This document shows positions 25,391 through 32,319 of a stretch of 36,787 bases of DNA, one piece after another. The stretch covers positions 1-36,787 of the forward strand of contig JAPKZT010000280.1 in the NCBI GenBank assembly GCA_026393655.1, written 5' to 3'. The notes below the pieces were generated by a model, which did no database searches, had not been told where the DNA came from, and saw only the letters and a list, made by a program, of their open reading frames with translations. This stretch comes from Actinomycetota bacterium (GTDB taxonomy: Bacteria; Actinomycetota; Acidimicrobiia; Acidimicrobiales; Ilumatobacteraceae). How positions within the stretch are numbered: the stretch's first letter is position 1; each line of letters opens with the position of its first letter. Made by a program: the position numbers and the translations under genes.

Positions 25391-25450
25391 GTCTAAGGTC
25401 TAGCTGAATGTCTAGCTAAATATCTAGCTAAATATCTAGCTGTCTAGATT
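25391..25450. repeat. 12-nt tandem array (4 units plus a degenerate flank) in the mshC/plsC-like spacer
   Basis: TCTAGCT recurs at 25399, 25411, 25423 and 25435, with spacers GAATG, AAATA, AAATA and G, and is followed by TCTAGATT. A degenerate GTCTAAGG lies at 25391-25398. The mshC stop (25436-25438) is inside the last unit. Confidence 0.9.
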
Positions 25451-26566
25451 AATCCCGAGAAGTTTTGCCGAGGCTGCAATGCTGTGGCCAGCGGCTACGA
25501 CTTGGTCGAGCACATTGATCGCCTCAGGAACATTTAAGTCATCATCTAGTGCAGCACGAACTTCAGCAAGCCCTGCGGTACCGTCACCATTTTTTGCCGA
25601 CACCCATGATTTGAGTCTTGCCAACGAATTAGTCATTGACGATGAAGTCCATTCCCACTCTTGGCGATAGTGATTAGAAATCAGCGCAAGCCGTATCGCT
25701 CGCGGATCATGAGCATTTCGCAAGCGATCAACAAATTCAAGATTGCCCAAACTCTTTGACATTTTCGTTCCGTCCATAAAAACCATCGCAACATGCATCC
25801 AATGTTTAACAAATTGCTTTCCGGTTGCGGCCTCAGATTGAGCGCGCTCACACTCATGATGCGGAAAGATCAAATCGCTTCCACCACCGTGCAAATCAAT
25901 CGTCGTACCGAGATCTCGCAATGCCAATGCCGAGCATTCAATGTGCCAACCTGGTCGACCTGGACCCCAAATCGTGTCCCAACTTGGCTCATCGGGCGCA
26001 GATGGTTGCCACAATACGAAATCGAGAGGATTTCTTTTATCTGGATTATCTAGGTCACCGCCTCGTTCTGCCGCGTACCGCAACATTGTTTCATTGTCGT
26101 AATTTGAGACGCTTCCGAATGACTCGAACTTTGTGACATCAAAATAGACACTGCTACCGCATTGATAAGCGAAACCTCTGTCTAAAACTAATGCGATAAA
26201 TTTTCGAATATCTGGGATCGCTGAAGATGCGCGCGGCTTGCTGAAAACATCCAACACGTTTAGCGCTTTCATGTCTGCATCAAACCTTGCTTCTTCGCCA
26301 GCCGCAAGATCTAAATAATGCACGCCAAGTTCTCTGGCTTTGGCAAACAGCGGGTCATCAACATCTGTGACATTGCGAACGCACTTGACGGTATGACCCT
26401 TATCGATTAGTCGACGCTGCAAAATATCGTAACTTACAAACGTAAAGGCGTGACCAATGTGAGTTGCGTCGTATGGCGTGATGCCACAGGTATACATCAA
26501 AACTTCATTGTTTGGCGCAAAATCGACAACACTCTTTCTGACAGTGTCGTACAACTTCATTGTCAC
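25436..26566 (-). CDS. mshC: cysteine--1-D-myo-inosityl 2-amino-2-deoxy-alpha-D-glucopyranoside ligase (mycothiol ligase)
   Basis: 376 aa class I CysRS paralogue. MYTCGITPYDATHIGHA (HIGH), VRNVTDVDDPLF and KMSKSLGN motifs. It is short and lacks the CysRS anticodon domain, as in MshC. A true cysS cannot be fully excluded without alignment. The GTG start overlaps the npdG-like stop (GTGA). Confidence 0.75.
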   Translation of the reverse strand: MTMKLYDTVRKSVVDFAPNNEVLMYTCGITPYDATHIGHAFTFVSYDILQRRLIDKGHTVKCVRNVTDVDDPLFAKARELGVHYLDLAAGEEARFDADMKALNVLDVFSKPRASSAIPDIRKFIALVLDRGFAYQCGSSVYFDVTKFESFGSVSNYDNETMLRYAAERGGDLDNPDKRNPLDFVLWQPSAPDEPSWDTIWGPGRPGWHIECSALALRDLGTTIDLHGGGSDLIFPHHECERAQSEAATGKQFVKHWMHVAMVFMDGTKMSKSLGNLEFVDRLRNAHDPRAIRLALISNHYRQEWEWTSSSMTNSLARLKSWVSAKNGDGTAGLAEVRAALDDDLNVPEAINVLDQVVAAGHSIAASAKLLGINLDS

Positions 26567-27234
26567 TTAGATTCACCACGATCTGGGATACCAGTGAGCC
26601 GCGGCGCAACGCGAGTTTTGTAACGCACATTTAATTGAAGCAAAACTGCGGTGAAGGCTTCAATCGCTAAGGCATTCGAAAGACTGCCAGCATTCAACGG
26701 GCGACAACCAGGTATGCGCAAAACAATTTCAGAAATAGTCGCCGTTGCAGTCGGGTCATCTGAACAGATCAGTACATCACTGTCTACTTCATGAGTTAGG
26801 TTGCCCAATTCTGTTGCTGGCAAATGTTGAAACGCTGCAACAACTCGAGACAACGGAATCTCGGCCTGAATATGCGCGGCGATACTGCCACGAGGCGGCA
26901 CTAGTGGCTGAAATTCTTTGCCCACCCGAACTAATGCGTTAGCCATTGTCACAACAATTTTGCCGACCAACTGTTGAGTGTGCTCGTTGACGATCGTTGC
27001 GGCTGAGTCCCACGGTGTCGCAATGATTACTATTTCACAGTTTGCTGCAGCGTCGTTGTCGCCACCATTTAGATTTAATTTAAAGGCTGGCCACTTGCGT
27101 GTGAGTTCGGCGCAGATGCCCACCGCTCGCTGAGAATCACGAGAACCGAGAAGTACATCACAGCCAATCGAAGCCAGGCGCAACCCAAGGGCGCTTCCCG
27201 CTGGCCCTGTTCCACCAAGAATTCCGATCCGCAT
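26563..27234 (-). CDS. npdG: NADPH-dependent F420 reductase-like NADP oxidoreductase
   Basis: Rossmann N-terminus MRIGILGGTGPAGSALGLRLASIGCDVLLGSRD, typical of the NpdG family. The track ORF begins at a GTG at 27246. I prefer the ATG at 27234, which sits 8 nt downstream of a TAGTGT -10-like box. Confidence 0.72.
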   Translation of the reverse strand: MRIGILGGTGPAGSALGLRLASIGCDVLLGSRDSQRAVGICAELTRKWPAFKLNLNGGDNDAAANCEIVIIATPWDSAATIVNEHTQQLVGKIVVTMANALVRVGKEFQPLVPPRGSIAAHIQAEIPLSRVVAAFQHLPATELGNLTHEVDSDVLICSDDPTATATISEIVLRIPGCRPLNAGSLSNALAIEAFTAVLLQLNVRYKTRVAPRLTGIPDRGESK

Positions 27235-27242
27235 GACTCGCA

Positions 27243-27248
27243 ACACTA
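27243..27248 (-). promoter_or_regulatory. -10-like box TAGTGT, 8 nt upstream of the npdG-like ATG at 27234
   Basis: The minus strand reads TAGTGT-TGCGAGTC-ATG. Confidence 0.3.
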
Positions 27249-27253
27249 CTTAC

Positions 27254-27292
27254 TTAAATTGTGTATTTACTAGCTGTATTAACTAGTGATAA
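27254..27292. repeat. three degenerate 13-nt units with a CTAGCTG core in the npdG/fabI divergent spacer
   Basis: The units are TTAAATTGTGTAT, TTACTAGCTGTAT and TAACTAGTGATAA, about 8/13 identity between neighbours. ACTAG recurs 13 nt apart (27269 and 27282). Confidence 0.55.
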
Positions 27293-27326
27293 AACACCGA
27301 CGCAATGTAAACAGGCTTCGACCAAC

Positions 27327-27332
27327 TACCGT
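27327..27332 (+). promoter_or_regulatory. -10-like box TACCGT, 7 nt upstream of the fabI ATG (leaderless candidate)
   Basis: The plus strand reads TACCGT-TTAGCGC-ATG. There is no Shine-Dalgarno. Confidence 0.35.
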
Positions 27333-27339
27333 TTAGCGC

Positions 27340-28116
27340 ATGGGAATTCTTGATGGGAAAAACATTGTTATATCCGGAGTGCTGACCGATGCTTCTCTAG
27401 CATTTGGTGTCGCCCAATTGGCCCAACGCGAAGGCGCAAATATTGTTTTGACTGGCGCGGGACGTGGTTTATCGATCACCGAGCGCACGGCCCGCAAGTT
27501 AGAAAAACCAGCGCCTGTTGTTGAATTTGATGTCACTGTTGATTCGCATGTTGAGAGCGCACGCAACGCCGTGAAACAGCACTTTGGCTCTTCTGGTCGC
27601 GTCGACGGAGTCTTGCACTCAATTGGCTTTGCACCTGCTGCGTGTCTGGGAGATGATTTCATGGCTGCGACTTGGGCAGATGTTTCCGTGGCGATGCAAA
27701 TTTCGGCGTATTCGTTGAAAACACTCGCAGAGTCATTTGCTCCGTTGATGACTAATGGTGGCTCAATTGTTGGACTCGACTTCGACAACACTGTTGCGTG
27801 GCCCGCCTATAACTGGATGGGCGTCGCCAAATCTGCACTTGAAAGCACCAACAGATATTTAGCCAAGGCTCTTGGTACCAAACAAATTCGATGCAACTTA
27901 ATTGCTGCTGGCCCGATTCGCACGATGGCGGCAAAATCGATACCTACATTTGGAGCGTTTGAAGATGTCTGGGCGCAACGAGCCCCACTTGGTTGGGATG
28001 TAAACAATTCAAATAGTGTCGCTCGCAGTTGTGTAGCGATGCTCAGTGACTGGTTTCCTGCAACTACTGGAGAGATAGTGCATGTGGATGGCGGTTTCCA
28101 CGCGATGGGTGCCTAA
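27340..28116 (+). CDS. fabI: enoyl-[acyl-carrier-protein] reductase (NADH), FabI/InhA type
   Basis: 258 aa. The N-terminus MGILDGKNIVISGVLTDASLAFGVAQLAQREGANIVLTG parallels InhA. SDR fold with the Y/K catalytic region. Confidence 0.9.
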   Translation: MGILDGKNIVISGVLTDASLAFGVAQLAQREGANIVLTGAGRGLSITERTARKLEKPAPVVEFDVTVDSHVESARNAVKQHFGSSGRVDGVLHSIGFAPAACLGDDFMAATWADVSVAMQISAYSLKTLAESFAPLMTNGGSIVGLDFDNTVAWPAYNWMGVAKSALESTNRYLAKALGTKQIRCNLIAAGPIRTMAAKSIPTFGAFEDVWAQRAPLGWDVNNSNSVARSCVAMLSDWFPATTGEIVHVDGGFHAMGA

Positions 28117-29676
28117 TTGAAAAACGCAATACAGTTACGAAAGTTTTTCGTTAAAACAATTTCAACGGTTTTAATTTTCGTGAGTTTTCCAAACATTGCT
28201 TTTGCATCAGCTCAAGTTGAGGCATTCGGTGTTGATGCTGGCTATGAAGCTCAATGGGGATTACAAATCATTCATGCCAACGAAGTTTGGAGTGTCTCCA
28301 CGGGCCGAAATGTTTTAGTCGCAGTAGTTGACTCGGGCTCTGGGCCCAACGCGGATCTCACAACGAATCTTTCGCCGGGTCGTTCAATAATCCGTGGTCG
28401 AACAACCGACGGCGCAAACGATGTCGACCCAAATGGTCACGGAACCCATGTCGCTGGGATCATTGCGGCTCTGGCCAACAATGACATCGGTGTAGCGGGT
28501 GTCGCACCAGACGCAAAAATTCTTCCGATCAGAGTTCTTGACTCAAATGGTGACGGCTCAGAGGCTGACGTCGCTCTTGCTATTCGATACGCCGTTGAAT
28601 CTGGCGCGCGAGTAATTAATCTTTCACTTGGCGGAATCGGACAAACCGAACAACTTCTAAGTGCAATTCAATATGCCTCAGACAACAATGTTCTTGTCAT
28701 AGCCGCCGCAGGTAACGCTGGACCGACCGCAGGTGTTACTTATCCCGCTGGGAACGATTTGACTTTGGCGGTCACTGCAGCAGATCAAACAATGACTTCC
28801 CCATCGTTCGCACAACGCGGCAGTTATATCGATGTAACAGCACCGGGAGTTGGCATTTGCTCAACTATTCGTACCGGTTCTCGCGTCGACAGCACACGCG
28901 CGTGCGCTACCGCGGGTGAACCATACATCACGATGAGCGGCACATCAATGGCCGCTGCTTTTATAAGCGGTGTGGCTGCATTAATTATTTCAGCCAACCC
29001 AACAATGACTGCAGTTCAAGTTCGCGAAGTGATTGTTGCGACAGCAACAGACATCGGCGCACCAGGCCGAGATGACACATTTGGCGCAGGGCTCGTAAAT
29101 GTGTACGCGATATTTAGGGCACTCGGTTATTTTGCCAGCGAAATTGCGTACCCAACATTCTCGCCTGTAGGTCGAATGGGCGTCGAGATTCTCGCCAACA
29201 CTCTGCAGTTGCCGCCATCAGAACGATTGCAGTGGTATCGCTGCAGTTCTCCTGGCGAGGCAACTGCTGCAATTCCGGTTGAATGTGTATCAATAGCACG
29301 ATCACAAGAACTGCGATATACACCAACAGTCGATGATCTTGGTTCGTTTCTGCGACTTGGAACACTGATCACTCTCGGCGGAACCCCACAAATTAGATTT
29401 TCAGCAACGACTAAACGCGTCGTCGGAGTGTGGGCTTCGTCATCAGCAATCGAAACTGGCTCAACTATCGCAATAAAAAATCTGATTGAAAGCGCATCGA
29501 ACGGCAAACCAAGTTTGAAAATAATTTCTGGCCCGTGCGCGATCAAAAACAAGTCTCTAGTTGTCTTTAACGAAATTGGCAAGTGCCTGATGCGCGTGAG
29601 CAGTGCTGCGACAGCAAAATATCCAAAACTAAATAGCACAGTGATAATCGATATCACCGAAAAAATAAAAGTTTAA
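28117..29676 (+). CDS. secreted S8 family (subtilisin-like) serine peptidase with an Ig-like C-terminal region
   Basis: 519 aa. The TTG start directly abuts the fabI TAA. A complete signal peptide is present (MKNAIQLRKFFVKTISTVLIFVSFPNIAFA/SA). Catalytic triad contexts are VAVVDSG, HGTHVAG and SGTSMAAA. About 190 aa of C-terminus has two Cys pairs. Confidence 0.88.
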   Translation: MKNAIQLRKFFVKTISTVLIFVSFPNIAFASAQVEAFGVDAGYEAQWGLQIIHANEVWSVSTGRNVLVAVVDSGSGPNADLTTNLSPGRSIIRGRTTDGANDVDPNGHGTHVAGIIAALANNDIGVAGVAPDAKILPIRVLDSNGDGSEADVALAIRYAVESGARVINLSLGGIGQTEQLLSAIQYASDNNVLVIAAAGNAGPTAGVTYPAGNDLTLAVTAADQTMTSPSFAQRGSYIDVTAPGVGICSTIRTGSRVDSTRACATAGEPYITMSGTSMAAAFISGVAALIISANPTMTAVQVREVIVATATDIGAPGRDDTFGAGLVNVYAIFRALGYFASEIAYPTFSPVGRMGVEILANTLQLPPSERLQWYRCSSPGEATAAIPVECVSIARSQELRYTPTVDDLGSFLRLGTLITLGGTPQIRFSATTKRVVGVWASSSAIETGSTIAIKNLIESASNGKPSLKIISGPCAIKNKSLVVFNEIGKCLMRVSSAATAKYPKLNSTVIIDITEKIKV

Positions 29677-29680
29677 GTCA

Positions 29681-31675
29681 ATGACAAACCGACTCGCGAA
29701 TGAGACAAGTCCATACTTACGCCAGCACAAAGACAACCCAGTTGATTGGTTTAGTTGGGGGCATGAAGCATTTGAGTTAGCCCGCCAACGCAGCGTCCCT
29801 GTGTTGCTGTCAGTTGGATATTCGGCCTGCCATTGGTGCCATGTCATGGCTCACGAATGCTTTGAAGATCACGAAACCGCAAACTTAATGAACGAACTTT
29901 TCGTAAATATCAAAGTAGACCGCGAAGAACGACCTGATATTGACGCGCTTTATATGGATGCAGTGCAGGCAATGTCTGGTCGAGGCGGATGGCCAATGAC
30001 GGTTTTTATGACACCAGATGGTCGGCCATTTTTCGGTGGAACATATTTTCCAAAAGTGTCGTTCATTGCGTTGATGACTGCAATTAACGATGCTTGGCAT
30101 AATCGCCGCGACGATATCGATAACAATATTTCTGCGCTTGTCGAATCTTTAGATCGAACAGCACAAATCAAGCCAGACGAAACTTTGCCAACAATTGATT
30201 TATTTCAGCAAGCAGTTAACGGACTGAGTCAAACTTTTGATTCACATTGGGGTGGCTTCGGTGGCGCACCCAAGTTTCCGAGCACAATGAGCCTTGATTT
30301 ATTGCTGCGAAGTTTTCTGAACGATGGCAGCCCGACGACTCGCAACATGTTGACAACAACTCTGGATGCGATGGCTTCAGGCGGAATGTACGACCATTTG
30401 GGTGGAGGATTTTCGCGCTACAGCGTCGACGAAAAATGGCTGGTGCCCCACTTCGAAAAGATGCTCTACGACCAGGCTCTGCTTGTTCGTGTCTATACAC
30501 ATGCGGCGGTTGTGTTTAATCAACCAAATTGGCGACAAGTCGTTGAAGAAACGATTGAATATCTTTTACGCGATTTACGACACGACAACGGCGGTTTTTT
30601 TAGCGCTCAAGATGCCGACTCGCTTGACGACCAGGGGCATTCACATGAAGGACATTTTTATGTCTTCACACCCGCGCAGGTGCGGGCAATTTTGCCTGAA
30701 GAACTAGTTGAGACGGCACTTGAATGGTACGAAATTACTGACTCTGGCAACTTTGAGGGATCAAATATTCCTGCGCGATTGAATCATCGTGGAGAATTTA
30801 AACGCACCAGCGAAGTTGACGAGATTCGAAGACTGTTATTAGAGGCACGCTCGTTGCGTACTTGGCCATTACTCGACGACAAAGTTTTAACCGAATGGAA
30901 CGCGATGATGACATCTTCGCTTGTTGAGGCGGCAGTTTTATTTGATCGCCAAGATTGGCTTGATGCTGCCCAGCAAAACGGCGAGTTTATGCTCCGTGAA
31001 TTGCGCGATAAAAACGGTCGCTGGCTTCGAAGTTGGCAAGAATCTGGGGTGCCACAGGCCCGACATCGCGCACTAGCCAGCGACCTGGCGAATCTGATTG
31101 ACGCCTTCACTCGACTTGGTGAAGCGACAGGCAAATCAGCTTGGATAACTCACGCGCGTGAAGCTGCAGACCAACTTCTCAGTAATTACTGGGACAAAAC
31201 AAATTTTGGTTTTTTTACGATTGCCAACGATGCCGAGCAGTTGATAGTTCGGCAAAAAGATTTGCTTGACAATGCAACGCCCTCAGCTAATTCGACTGCC
31301 GCGCTAGCCATGCTGCGTCTTAGCGCATTAACGGGTGACAAGAAATACCATGATGCGGCGTTGAACATTTTGCGATTGTTCTCACGGATTGCGGCAAGTG
31401 CACCGAGCGCATTCTCTAATTTGATCAATGCAATACATCTGCAAAATGTTGGAGTAACCGAAATTGCAGTTACAGGGTCTCGCGCGGATTTACTTAGAGA
31501 AATACAAAAAAATTGGCTGCCCACGGCGGTAGTTGCGTGGGGTGAGAAATATGATTCACCGATATGGAGTGACCGGCCCGAGGGTTTTGCATTTGTCTGC
31601 CAGAACTACACCTGCGCTGCTCCAGCATCAACTATTGAAGAATTAAAAACTGCTTTACGTTCAGTTTTGAATTAG
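29681..31675 (+). CDS. thioredoxin domain-containing protein (DUF255 / YyaL family)
   Basis: 664 aa. N-terminus NRLANETSPYLRQHKDNPVDWFSWGHEAF...SVGYSACHWCHVM is the DUF255 signature. An alpha/alpha-toroid (N-acylglucosamine epimerase-like) domain follows. Confidence 0.9.
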   Translation: MTNRLANETSPYLRQHKDNPVDWFSWGHEAFELARQRSVPVLLSVGYSACHWCHVMAHECFEDHETANLMNELFVNIKVDREERPDIDALYMDAVQAMSGRGGWPMTVFMTPDGRPFFGGTYFPKVSFIALMTAINDAWHNRRDDIDNNISALVESLDRTAQIKPDETLPTIDLFQQAVNGLSQTFDSHWGGFGGAPKFPSTMSLDLLLRSFLNDGSPTTRNMLTTTLDAMASGGMYDHLGGGFSRYSVDEKWLVPHFEKMLYDQALLVRVYTHAAVVFNQPNWRQVVEETIEYLLRDLRHDNGGFFSAQDADSLDDQGHSHEGHFYVFTPAQVRAILPEELVETALEWYEITDSGNFEGSNIPARLNHRGEFKRTSEVDEIRRLLLEARSLRTWPLLDDKVLTEWNAMMTSSLVEAAVLFDRQDWLDAAQQNGEFMLRELRDKNGRWLRSWQESGVPQARHRALASDLANLIDAFTRLGEATGKSAWITHAREAADQLLSNYWDKTNFGFFTIANDAEQLIVRQKDLLDNATPSANSTAALAMLRLSALTGDKKYHDAALNILRLFSRIAASAPSAFSNLINAIHLQNVGVTEIAVTGSRADLLREIQKNWLPTAVVAWGEKYDSPIWSDRPEGFAFVCQNYTCAAPASTIEELKTALRSVLN

Positions 31676-31691
31676 TTTTAAATTAGTTTTA
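31670..31691. repeat. perfect 11-nt tandem duplication at a convergent gene junction
   Basis: AATTAGTTTTA occurs at 31670-31680 and again at 31681-31691. The first copy holds the TAG stop of the DUF255 gene (31673-31675). The second holds the TAA stop (31689-31691, minus strand) of the nitroreductase. Confidence 0.9.
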
Positions 31692-32309
31692 CCACTTACC
31701 AAAATGTGTGATCTGTGCTGGCGTGCGTCGCTTGCGACTGGCGCTCAAGCCGTTTTCACTTGAACCGTCAACAAACAAATCTTTAGTGCGGGGCCAACCC
31801 ATCGCCACTGCGCCGATCAGTTGTAAATCGTCCGGCACGCTCAATAGTTTGCGCAATTCCGCTTCGCCAGAGAACACCGCAAAAAATAGCGCACCAAGCC
31901 CAAGATCATGGGCTGCCAACAACAGTGTCATCGTTGCGAATGATGCATCAACTGTCCAATACGGAGTGGGCCAACTTGATTCACCAGCACCTAAACCTGT
32001 TGAAGATTTATCCGACTCGCTGTACCGCGCAACATAAGCCGACGAGTCAGCAAAAACTAAGCCAATGATTGGTGCATCAAGTAGTTGCTTCCATTTAAAC
32101 GAAGATCGCTTTTTAGCCGGCAATGTTGTATCCCAAAACTTAGAAGTTTCACTATCTTGCAATACCAAAAAATGCCAACCTTGAGTCTTGCCCGCTGATG
32201 GCGCCCGCGATGCGAGATCGACTACCCGCTCAATTAATTCTGGTGCGACTGGGTCGTTACGAAAAGATCGCACCATCTTGCGCGAACGAACACAGTCCGC
32301 AAACTGCAC
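31689..32309 (-). CDS. nitroreductase family protein
   Basis: 206 aa with a GTG start. Nitroreductase N-terminal motif (SRKMVRSFRNDPV...RAPSAGKTQGW). Confidence 0.82.
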   Translation of the reverse strand: MQFADCVRSRKMVRSFRNDPVAPELIERVVDLASRAPSAGKTQGWHFLVLQDSETSKFWDTTLPAKKRSSFKWKQLLDAPIIGLVFADSSAYVARYSESDKSSTGLGAGESSWPTPYWTVDASFATMTLLLAAHDLGLGALFFAVFSGEAELRKLLSVPDDLQLIGAVAMGWPRTKDLFVDGSSENGLSASRKRRTPAQITHFGKW

Positions 32310-32319
32310 GGCAAAACTC

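Noticed and set aside
25391-25450. The tandem arrays here and at 9078-9126 and 21591-21642 as CRISPR arrays.
   Set aside because: The units are only 12-13 nt and directly abutting, with no unique spacers. There are only ~4 copies, and there are no cas genes in the window.
27333-27791. A 152-aa minus-strand ORF antisense to fabI.
   Set aside because: It lies wholly inside the strongly supported fabI frame. Its composition is low-complexity and Ser/Ala/Thr-rich, typical of a shadow frame. It has no motif and no independent start signals.
29127-29657. A 176-aa minus-strand ORF antisense to the C-terminal part of the S8 protease.
   Set aside because: It is a shadow ORF within a continuous, motif-supported + strand gene. 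It has no recognisable domain or translation signals.
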